A stretch of DNA of 64,000 nucleotides, taken from NCBI GenBank assembly GCA_051294905.1, contig CM119371.1:17858001-17922000 (forward strand), read 5' to 3'. Below the pieces are notes generated by a model. It was given only the letters and a program-made list of their open reading frames with translations, made no database searches and was not told where the DNA came from. The position numbers were made by a program, and so were the translations under genes. Below are positions 14,002 through 25,059 of this stretch, one piece after another (the stretch's first letter is position 1; the number at the start of each line of letters is the position of its first letter). This DNA is from Botryllus schlosseri. Lineage: Eukaryota.

Positions 14002-14805
14002 ATTTCTAGGCTTCTATAAGACTCCGCTTACGCCAGTGGTTCTCTACCTTATTGTGTTCTCGTCCCCACCCTCTTTAGACCGTCTCTAATCCCCACGGAC
14101 ACCCCGGTTTTAACTCGATTATCATGCACATGTGTTTTGTGCAAATATTAACTGTAGGCTAGTGATTGACAGCAACAAAATGACTTTTCTTGAAAAACAA
14201 AACATGGTACCATTTATGTAGAAAATGGGAAGACTCTTATTATTTCAAAGCAATTTCTGCAGCTGCATTTCTTGATAATCCTTCCCGTCGATTTGATATG
14301 AACGAGTGCCGAAATCCACAAAGATAGGTGGTGGGGTGACGAATGTAACAACAACGCTTAACGCTCCCTTCGGCTGTAATTGCAACAGATGTATATGGCA
14401 CCAAAATTGAGACACATATTTTTAATGAACATATAACGTCCAGCCTAGCCATTGCTATCTAGCAGCACATCTTAAGGATATTCTGTAATAGTGGGTATGT
14501 ATATTACAGGAGAAAATGGAATTTTGTAAGTAATTTTTTCCAAGGCCCTAATAAAACATCTGTAAACTGCAACAGCGGCTTACGCGGTCCACATGGCGAG
14601 AATGGGCCTATATATTGATAAACCTCTAAACTCGGTCGGACTCGAACCCGCAACCCATTGGTGTTGCAACTATAAATCGTACCAGTACACGATATACAGG
14701 GCTGTCGCAGGAAGTCTTTAACTGTGCCACAATTTTGAGGAGCTAAATCTCTTGCATTCCTCATAAGTCATAACGAATACGCAGAGAAACGCCGGATCAC
14801 AGAGA

Positions 14806-14975
14806 GTGGCGAGATAGCGCAGTGGTATAATCCGCAGCAGCAAGACCAATAGGTACGGGTGCGAGATCGGCACCAGAATTAGTACCACAGCGTTGAAGGT
14901 TTATCTAGGCTCCTGCTCACCACCTCATCTGCGTAAGCGGTGTCTTACAAAAAGCCTAGAAGTGGGACATGCTAT
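14806..14975 (+). mobile_element. tRNA-derived SINE family 1
   Basis: Head gtggcgagatagcgcagtggtataa; body tttatctaggctcct...gtcttacaaaaagcctag shared with the copies at 28850 and 58821. Confidence 0.8.
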
Positions 14976-16022
14976 ATTTGAGTTTGATATACCTCTGCTT
15001 TACGGTGTATATGTTGAAACGAAATGTTATTACCAAGTTTTATCTCGGAAGCGAAGAACTTCTACCTGCGCTACGCTTAGCCCCAGCTCATTAATGTACA
15101 ATGAAATCCAAAGGATCGAGGAAATGAATGAATACATGAATCTGTCAATCAATCAATAGATCAGGGGTGACCTATACCTGCGGCCGTAGAATGAAATTTA
15201 TACGGCCTTTGACACGTGGTTTAATCAGCATGTGTTGGCGGCCGTAGATATGCAATTTGAATTTACTAATTGACTCCCTAATTTTTGAGAGATTTTAATT
15301 ATTCTTCAAATTTTCTTCGCGCTGCGTGCGAGTCAATGTGACTTCATTTTTCGATGTTAATATAGTAGCGCCCTTTGCAATCTGAGCCCCACTGTACAGA
15401 TGCGAACAGCATAGGTAAATGATGCCCCCCCTCCAGATAGAAATACACACTCGGAATCGTGTCCTCTCCACTATACCTACATTCCTGATGGTATGCCAAG
15501 AAATAACAGCACGAGACAAAGTGGTTAATAACCATTTGCCCAACAAAGATGTATCATCATTTATAGATTGCCTCAAATTTTCGAAAATACCCTCTCCATC
15601 AACTCTACACTGTAATTTTTTTCATGTCGTTGAAATCAGAAAAGACAACACTTTTTTCGTCAAAAAAGATCCCACGTAAAATGTCCTAGATGATGTCGAT
15701 TGTGCTTTATATTTAGGTGTTTCCATATTTAGGTGCTTCCGTATTTAGGTGTTTCCGATCTAGGTGATACCTCACTGCGGCCTGATATAGAATACTAAAT
15801 AATCTGGCGTACATGTCGACCTCCGTTCTGTCCTCGCAATAACACTAAAATCACCTGGCGTACTCGACAATCAAACTGTTTGAATCCCGCATGGGGCATC
15901 TTATTATAAACGGAATAATGAACGTGTATGCAAATAAACATACTGCACTAAAATAAATTGAAGGCAATAGGACATGCAGCATAAATCGTAGCCGAAATTT
16001 TCCAATTAGAATATGGCAGCCC

Positions 16023-16261
16023 TACCCGCATGGAATAAACCACATGCTAAGTCCAGCTTGGAAGAATTACTTAAACTTATTACAGAATTTGTTATTATGT
16101 TACTTAATTGAAAGTATAACTCACTAAACAAATGTAGCGAGTACCCGCATGGAAATAAACCACATGCTAAGTCCAGCTTGGAAAAATTACTTGAACTCAT
16201 TACAGAATTTGTTACTATGCTACTTAATTGAAAGTATAACTCACCAAACAAATGTAGCGAG
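16023..16261. repeat. Two tandem copies of an approximately 119-bp unit
   Basis: tacccgcatggaataaaccacatgctaagtccagcttgg...aacaaatgtagcgag repeated directly. Confidence 0.92.
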
Positions 16262-16364
16262 AAAATTGACCTTATACAGGATTTGTACCATGTAACGAAC
16301 TTGTAGTACTTGTGAAGTACTGCTCAAAAAACGAATGTAGCGAGAAATCCATTCTTAGAAAGTC

Positions 16365-19300
16365 TTATTCTGAAGCATATTGTTGAAATCTGAGCAAGAA
16401 ATCGGCCAATTCGGTAGACATACATTGAGCACTTTTGTCGCCTATTACGACATGTTGGACGAAAGCCAGAAGCTGAAAATCTTTCGGATACTTTAGGTCC
16501 CAGCATAATAGCATGCCATGATATTAATCAGCATATCAAAGACCGTATCATAGTCTTGACACAAAATTCTATGGCCATCAGGTAGAATCCAGCCCTGGAT
16601 CTTGCCATTCTAGTGCTTTGCGACACCAAATGTGGAGGCTGTGATCTTTTGCAGTGGATTCGAGCATCTTGAGCCTGAAATATAAGTATTTTTTTCAAAA
16701 ATTCAAACAATGCATATGACTGTCAACAACAGGGGTGACATCTCTACACCAGTAATTCACTAAGTTATCTAGACACGCCAGACAATGAGAAAAATTTCAC
16801 GCCCACTTACCGTAATGTCACAAAAGTTTATTGCATGGAACGTTATGACTTGCATGGAACGTTATGACTGTTACTGAGAAAATTCTCAAGAATAATATTC
16901 GGACTCTATGGAATTGTAGGTAAATGGCGAGAAGAGAGAAAACTTTTTGTTATCGACCACTGCTTTCCACCCCCTTCGTATGCTTTCATGCCCCTCAGTT
17001 CAAGAACCACTGCTGCACAGTCAGCTGCATGTATCAGCGATTGACATCATTATATAAACTTAGTTATAATCAAGTACCTGTTCCACTGACAATGCAGATA
17101 CTGTGGACTTCTTTCTAGAGTTCATACTGGTGTCGGTCTTCTTCAACTTGACTCTGCCATCGGCGAGTTGCGATTTTACTTTCAGCAGATTTTTCAGTTG
17201 ATCATTCACACCAAACGTTTGGAGAATTTCACTGAGAGGGATCCCTTTCTTTGTTAGCTGAGCACGCCGGTATCCGTACAATTGCTTGAAAAGGGACACG
17301 ATATTCTGCCATCTGCGGTACTCGTTGTCGAATTCCTTTTGCAGCTGACGAGTCGCTTCTCCAACAGTCAACTTGAATCCACCTGAATGTGTAAATATTA
17401 GTAGTGACACAATACTCAAGATGGCTTGGTGCTACCGAAAACAGGGTCTGGTCTAATTTCCTACCCACAACGCTGTAATGCCCATGAACAATGCCTGTCT
17501 ATACCCACAGTACAAACTACGCTGTAATTAAAATGGCGCACATTACCGGACTATTTCTATATACTCACAGTACAAACTATGCTGTAATTAAAATGGCGCA
17601 CACCACCAGACCACTTCTATATACGCACAGTACAAACTATGTTGTAATCAAACTGGCGCACACCACCAGACCACTTCTATATACGCACAGTACAAACTAT
17701 GTTGTAATTAAACTGGCGCACACCACCAGACCACTTCTATATACGCACAGTACAAACTATGTTGTAATTAAAGTGGCGCACATTACTGGACTTCTTCTAT
17801 ATACTCACAGTACAAACTATTTTGTAATTAAACTGTCGCACACCACCGGACTACTTCTATATATTCACAGTACAAACTAGGTTGTAATTAAACTGGCGCA
17901 CACCACCAGACCACTTCTATATACGCACAGTACAAACTATGTTGTAATTAAACTGGCGCACACCACCAGACCACTTCTATATACGCACAATACAAATAAT
18001 GTTGTAATTAAACTGGCGCACACCACCAGACCACTTCTATATACGCACAGTACAAATTATGTTGTAATCAAACTGGCGCACACCACCAGACCACTTCTAT
18101 ATACGCACAGTACAAACTATGTTGTAATTAAATTGGCGCACACCACCAGACCACTTCCACATACGCACAGTACAAACTATGTTGTAATTAAACTGGCGCA
18201 CACCACCAGACCACTTCTATATACGCACAGTACAAACTATGTTGTAATTAAACGGGCGCACATTACCGGACTACTTCTATATACTCACATTACAAACTAC
18301 ATTGAAATTAACCCGGCACAAATCACCGGACTACTTCTATATACTCACAGTACAAACTACATTGAAATTGAGCCAGCGCACATCACCGGACTACTTCTAT
18401 ATACTTACAGTACAAACTACGTTATAATTAAACCGGCGCACATCACCGGACTACTTCTATATACTCACAGTACAAACTATGTACTTCTATACCCACATTA
18501 CAAACTATTTAGTAATTTACCGGACACTGCTGACACGGAAGCGTTTTTGAAGGAAGAAGGACGTTGTCTGAGAAGTCTGAGCGCTCTCAATTTCTGAGAC
18601 AGTTTCGTGTTGATATTTTTCTAGAAAAAAATGAGATGATCAGTGCAAATGAATTTAGACCAATGAGACCAGTTTACTTTACCCAGGGGGGGTTCTGTAA
18701 GGTAGATCCTAAGCACGGATACTTTTCCACAAGTGCCTTCCCAAAACTTTCGATACGATTGTTTGGTCATGTCACCATTGTTCAGGATTTGATTTGCACA
18801 CTGCTCCACTACGAGGTTGATGATTTCATAAGCTGTACGTTGCTTCACGCTAGTTCAACTTTCACACTGAATTCCGGCAAGGGCATCGGAGGATCGAGGT
18901 GCCCCATACTGCATGGTGGCTGTTAATTGATGAAAATATGAGTTGGTGTCCTACTAGAATAATGTGGATATTTACCATATCATCCAGACAGCTAAATTCA
19001 TTGCAAAATTTGATCAAATACTTACTGGCATAGCTGCTTCTGAAGAAGCTAAATCACAACGGACTGACGGCTCTACGGGCACGGTGTTATCTAAATCGTC
19101 ATTGACTGACGGCTCTACCGGCATGGTGGTATCTAAATCCTCATCGAACGACGCTTCTCCCGGCAAGGTGGTATCCGATTCAGCAATCGAGGCTGATTCA
19201 TCGGACATATTGTTTTGACCTTGATTTGTTGACAACTTTTTCCATAACTGAAACAACAAGACTTAGTTGCATGAACACATTTCAGTTGATTAGCTTCTTA

Positions 19301-19476
19301 CTTCTTGCAGATTCAACAGATGGCGCGTCACACCAATGGTGAATATTTGCCAAAAGTCTTTATTACAAGCTTGCACGTATAAATCAGACTTGGATGGTCC
19401 TTGTGACGTTTCAAGAAATTTTTTGTAATCCGATCTGAACTCCCAACGAACAGGCACAGCCAACATGATTTTTCAT
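16365..19476 (-). pseudogene. Six-exon SAMD3-like (transposon-associated) gene relic; exons 19476-19302, 19247-19026, 18919-18683, 18620-18521, 17382-17078, 16674-16365
   Basis: GT-AG junctions in compatible phases. Motifs PLPEFS, GKALVEKYPCL...W|KNINTKLSQKLR, LQKE...YRRAQL...LSEIL and MACYYAWDLKYPKDFQLLAFVQH. Several single-base frameshifts. Confidence 0.7.
17497..18507. repeat. 60-bp minisatellite, about 16-17 copies
   Basis: Unit gttgtaattaaactggcgcacaccaccagaccacttctatatacgcacagtacaaactat, in register line after line. Confidence 0.98.
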
Positions 19477-19622
19477 CTGACATTTACGACACTCTAATAT
19501 AATTATTTCTAGACAAAATGAAAAGAAAAACATTCTAGATCACAATTCGTACCACCATTGAACCCCCTACAAGATGCATCGATCACAACTGCTCACTAAA
19601 TTGTGTAGATTACCATCGCTAG

Positions 19623-19958
19623 TAGGGCTGGGCAAAATCGAGTGCCATAGTGCATCGATGGATCACGACTCATGCTTTAAGTTGAGTATTCTAGGACCAC
19701 TCAGTCATTATGACAACATAACAGAATGTAAATTGACAAGATTCAAAGCTTTTTACTATGTTTGGTACGCTGCAATACGGCCAATCAATGCTAACACAGT
19801 AGAAATAAGTATCACAACTTCAATTCCCGTTGAAAAATTGATACTCATGGCGACGAGCGTCTCATACTTCAAAATATCGTCTTTTACCAATACACTCAAA
19901 TCAGTTGAATTGATACTCATTCAAAATCCGCGTACTATAATCATTGTGCCCAGCCCTA
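19623..19958. mobile_element. hAT MITE (tagggctgggca termini)
   Basis: 12-bp TIRs; perfect TSD atcgctag. Confidence 0.9.
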
Positions 19959-19989
19959 ATCGCTAGTTACGCAATGTTTAAAGTTTGAA

Positions 19990-20560
19990 GCGAAGAGCTA
20001 TATATATAACCAACGACTGCCGAACGAGCAGACGCGAACGAAACGATGAAGCTCTCGGCGACGGCCGACGCCGGTCGGGGCACGGCTTTCTGTGCTAGTG
20101 TTCGTCGTGACCCGGGCCGTGGCGCCGACCCCGGAAGTGGCCGACCGATCCGAATCGGTTCGCGGGGCGGAACGTGTTCGCGCCGCGCTGACCGGCGCGC
20201 AAGTTCCGGATCCGCGCGAGACGTCGCGGCTGCGTAAACGACCGGTTTTCGACGGCGGGGCGGCTCGATCGAGCTGTGCAAAATTAACACTTCTACTTCC
20301 TAAAGCCGCGTTTCGCGGAGCTGGCAAGACCCGCAGCCCCATCTGACCCGCGCTCGTCTGAGGGGCAGTTCAGACCTGTCAGGCGATGACCGCAGCCCGG
20401 TTCTGCCACGTCGCCAACCAGTACTACAACGCGGCAAAAGCCCATTGATCGGCCCTCGCTCGCCACGGGGGAGAGCGATAGCCTGAGCGTCGAGCGCCGC
20501 GCTGGAAATTGGGACTCTAAATTGAAAGAGCGATAAGCTTCTAGAAACGACGGGTCATAA
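19990..20560. promoter_or_regulatory. GC/CpG-rich island, candidate promoter of the SAMD3-like gene
   Basis: Abrupt rise in GC and CpG; ETS-like ccggaagt motif; lies just 5' of the minus-strand gene. Function is inferred. Confidence 0.4.
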
Positions 20561-21317
20561 GTAAACGACAATGTGCATTGGGCTTCGAGTCGTGTCGAGT
20601 GTTCGATTATCAATGAGAACGGCGTGGAAAGTTGAAATGTATACAAATTATACATGTAGAGTGGCCACAGCGAATAAAATGTCAGTTTCGCATCGGATTA
20701 AATGTAATTGCGACAGGACAGGTATATTTTCGAGCGTACCCGTTTAATTGCGCATTTTTTATGATAATTCTGGGATGATCCACCGATCAAGGATAATCCC
20801 GGAATTATCAAAGATTTATCAAAGAAAAATTGAAATCACTCCACTTCTACGGCTTAGAATTCAAAATGCTTGGAATTCAAAATTTTCATGCTGTACTAAA
20901 TCCGCGAATATTGGTTAGAATGAATTCGAATCTGGTGTAGGTCGTTTTATCGATTTAATCACGTAACCAGCAAGATTCAGAAATAAAGGTTATTTTTCAA
21001 CAGTCCTATTGCGCATCCATTGTCACTGTTGCCGCGGCTCGACCACGACTTCACAGATATCTCATATACAATGACGCACCCCGCTTCGTATGCCGCAACG
21101 CGACCAAACGAGGTTTTAAAACTAACACATTGGGAAATGACTTCGAAACTATAAATTAACTCTTAGCGACAGGATCGTCTAATTTCAGTAAGCTAAGAAA
21201 TCATGTATCACTACACGATTAGAATCTTGAAAATTGTTACTCTGTTCATTTTTGAGTGTCCGTGCCATTGTGTTCGCCCGGCCCCAAACTACGAGCCCGC
21301 TCGCGGACGGCGGAAAC

Positions 21318-21845
21318 CAATGATGAGCATCGGAGCGGAGTCGGAGTGGATTCGGAGCGGATTCGGAGCGGAGTTTTGCCGATTTCGCGACAGTCGGAGC
21401 GGAGTCGGAGTTTACTACAGATATTTTTTCGGAGAATTTCGGAGTATTGTAACTTTTTTCTCCGATATAGTTGGATAGCTCTGACCAAAATACCCTATTG
21501 ATTATGATTACAAACCAAAACACAGACAGTTGACACCTTGTAAAGCTGTAATATGACGGGTAACATGCAAAAATGATTACCAAGTGCATAAAAATCAGCC
21601 ATCTGCACTGCAATTGGGGACTGGAGAGTAAACAATACTATGAGGCCAACCATATTATCAAATATACCATGTTGTACCATGTGTACCAAGTACCATGGTT
21701 GCCACTGTTTCGGATACTCGACGAGATTCATCGGAGTATCTCGGAGTCTGGGATTGAGCTCTTCGGAGTCGGAGGGAGTTTTCCTAATACACAAAAGTTG
21801 TCGGAGGGATTCGGAGTCTCGAAAAGCACTATCCGCTCATCACTG
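21318..21845. mobile_element. hAT MITE with TCGGAG repeats
   Basis: caatgatgagc / gctcatcactg termini; TSD gcggaaac/gcgggaac. Confidence 0.8.
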
Positions 21846-22079
21846 GCGGGAACCGCGGGATCACGCGAGAGACCTCCAGCGGATGACGCGAGCGTGCGAA
21901 CTCGAATTGCCGCGTATCGTCTCCCGCTCTCGAGGGCGTCGTGGCCTAATGGGTAAGAGCACTGTGCTTGCCTCGCCGCGCTGCCGCCGGGGCCCGAATC
22001 CCACCAAAGGCGAAAATGAAGAGCGAAAAAGTATACGGTATGGTTACGCCCTGCCATCTAGGATGATGATGAAGAAGTG

Positions 22080-23034
22080 AAAAGGGGCTTGTGGTAACCA
22101 AAGAATGTAGAAGGACAAGATGTGCGAGGTCATTGTTGCGTCACGCCACTGTTACGCAGCGGCATCCATTTTGGTCTCAAAAGACCACAAAATCAGCCTG
22201 AACCTATGCGTGCGGCTGTAGTTTTCGGTCATATTGGCAGTGATATTTATGGGATTACGCTCGCAACTGGGATATTGGACATAGAAACCAAGGTGAATTT
22301 ATGTATTTTCGTTGTCTGCTGATCGTTTTTATTTCAGATCACCCCGGACTACCACAGCAAAATTCCTTTCTGGGCTGCATCGAATTGTAGGCCTACATAT
22401 GGCGATATATTTAGAATCTCAACCTGAAGGCTACTTCTGCGAATTGTATCGTGTTGATGCAGGAAATGGAGCTAGTAAGATTCAATATTGCCGATAGTAA
22501 CTTTCCGCATAGATACTGTAACAGCATAGATCACCCACTACGATATGAAGTCACCCATCTTACAATTTGCAGCTACAAGGCCGGTGTCAGGAGAAAGATG
22601 AAGAAATTGCGCGTTATTATTATGATTAAAAGTTTATAGAGTCGTCCTTATCACCTGTTTAGGTCTTGTGTGCCACGGAATACAGTGCAAAGAAATTCAG
22701 GGAGAAAGACGAAGAAATTGCGCGGTTGAAATCGCTGGTAATGCGAAATCATTGTGAAATTAATTGTAGCATTTTGACGATACAAATACACAATGAAAAC
22801 CATACAAGATACCCAAATGTGATTAATAGCGGAATTGCACAATTTATGATCGTTTTGGAACTTGGATGTAAGCTCGGATAACAAGGAACATATGGATGAG
22901 GATAGGAAGGTTTTTTCAACAAGGATCAGATTCAGGCTTTGAAAAGAGAAGGGCAGGCCTCTGGATGCAGATGGGCCGGTGATACATTTATGTCAGCACT
23001 GAAAATCAGGTTTTCATTTGGAAAGCATGGGTAG
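22080..23034 (+). pseudogene. P-element/THAP9-like transposase N-terminal relic
   Basis: 22912-23034 reads FFNKDQIQALKREGQASGCRWAGDTFMSALKIRFSFGKHG-stop (P-transposase DQI..L...W.....ALK.RF..G..GY pattern). Upstream are coiled-coil KDEEIAR pieces and weak THAP-like CRR/MCEV traces. Confidence 0.6.
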
Positions 23035-23837
23035 TTTTTGAGCTCCAACAGTGCTTCTATATCGAATGTAAACATTCGATGGTGTAGATATCTGAGTAAA
23101 TCCTCTGATACCACGAACATTTTTATTAATTTTTTAATATGTTCTCGGCAAAAAATCACAAACAAAATATGCGACGGAATCCGACCCGAATACGCAGAAA
23201 TACAACAAAAACAACCGCCGATACCCCTGTCCGCCCGCGACAAACGCGACTACACGCGCCCCAATACGGACTGGGACGGGGCTCGTTCACTTGAGGACCA
23301 AAACGTCATTTTCGCCATAAGACTATAGTGAATTTGGTCCGAAAGTGAACGAGCCCCGTTAGTTCGCCAATTAAATCTGCGGACCTGGACGCATCGACAT
23401 TACAAATTTCGTTGAATTTCGGTTCATTGTTCATAAAGAAAAGTTCGTATTTCTGGTAAAATTACGTAAATGTCGATTTGATGGGTTATTTATGGTATTG
23501 AGGTGCGTATTTTGACTAAATCTGTGTGAAAACGTTGATTTTATTTCAATAGGTGAAAACTAGGTGTCTTGACGGTCCGGGAGTTGAGACGTGTTTTAGG
23601 TTTTATGTGTTATTGTTTCTGTTCAGTTCTTATGTTCGGTTTTGCGTGCCACTCGGTTCGCAGTTTCGAGGTGTTTTGAATGTCATGTTCTCAGTGTCAA
23701 TTTAACGCTCAAAATTAATGATTAGATTAGTATTAAGGTAATGTCGTAAAATGTACTTACTTTTCAGTTTTGATTTTGTGGTTGTAAGGAGTATTAACTG
23801 ACGACAAATTTATTCCACTCACTCAGGTCTCAGGGTA

Positions 23838-24317
23838 CACTACAAAAAAAAATCAGACAAATTTGGTCTCAATGTCTCAAATCGATTTTTTACAAAAAAA
23901 AAGTCTTAAAGACCAATTAGTCTTAAAGACCAATTAGTCTTACCAAGAACTTTATGTCTCAAAAGTAAGCCAGAAATTGATCGAAATTGGTAGCAGTGCC
24001 TTGAGGGCATCCTTTTCAGTGTTAGGGGTCTGAGCGGAGGAGGGGAAGGATGAGAGAGACCACAAATTGCAGTGTTGAGATGATCCTGTACTAAGTTTAC
24101 AAGGTATTCACTAGATATAGTTATCAAGGTACATGCCACTTACTACTCACATATAATATTCAGATCAATATATATATGGTTGTCTGAGTCGAAAATAGCA
24201 TTTATGGTGAGTGGGTAAAATGAGACCATCAGTGAGACTGAAATTGTTGAAAATGAGACCAAATCATCCTCATTTCTTAAATTTGAGACCAAATTTGTCT
24301 AATTTTTTTTTGTAGTG
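23838..24317. mobile_element. CACTA-type MITE
   Basis: About 35-bp TIRs CACTACAAAAAAAAAT(c/t)AGACAAATTTGGTCTCAA, TA on both flanks, internal GAGACC repeats. Confidence 0.9.
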
Positions 24318-25031
24318 TAGCTATAGCTGTTATAACAGCCTGGCATATTACTGCTATGCGTGAGCTATATACAGATTAGGATCGTACTTTATATCAGATA
24401 TCTATATAACAGGGTACATTAATGCTAAAGCTATTTATCTACCTTCCAATTTCTTGATATGGCGCGATGCAACACCATTACTCACCAAGAAAGTTTTCAA
24501 ATCTGCAGCACAATCAGTTCCTGTCTTGTTCCCAGCACGTTGAATCGCAAAAGAGCGAGACGGGCAACACAGAACTTACGCAAAGCGGAAAAAAAGAGAA
24601 ATTTTCTCTATAGCGCCTAGCTTTTTTCGCGGCCATGCGCTGAAAGCTCTCCTTTGTGATGCCTCAAGCGGATAATTTCGCGATTCTGGGATCTCAAATT
24701 GACAGTGTACCGGTGAATCTGATCACGTGGGCTGAGAAAGGATAAATGTATTACAGTGATATGTTAAACTACTGATATTAATGACGAAATTCATTACTGA
24801 ATCTGAAAAAAAAATTTGCGTTGCGCGTGAACATAACATAATGACATACTATGACCACTCGCGATTTCGGCGCGTATAGTAAGTCGATGTCATTGAATAG
24901 TTTAGTCCGACGATTTCTACATTTCGGGGGTGGAATAAAATAACAGACAAGCACGTGTGATTAGTTCAACGAGCACGTATGCGGCGATAATGCTAGAGCT
25001 CACATAGTTCTGTGTCCCCTGGTATACTCAC

Positions 25032-25059
25032 CCACTTGTCTGCATTGCGTACAAGACAT
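25032..25059 (-). pseudogene. GT10 fucosyltransferase copy 1, 3' half of the transposon-interrupted exon (CLVRNADKW)
   Basis: Ends at a strong gtgagt donor in phase 0, matching exon 13096. Abuts the left TIR of the 25060-31422 element. Confidence 0.75.

Noticed and set aside
14806..14880. tRNA gene
   Set aside because: No complete cloverleaf; continues into a shared repeat body, so it is a SINE head.
17491..18597. ORFs 17491-17880 and 18133-18597 with 20-aa repeats; also a CRISPR-like appearance
   Set aside because: By-products of a 60-bp minisatellite with an in-frame stop; no unique spacers, no cas genes, eukaryotic context.
19967..22080. Cluster of overlapping Arg/Ala/Pro-rich ORFs on both strands
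   Set aside because: Expected from high GC and TCGGAG repeats; no recognisable domains.
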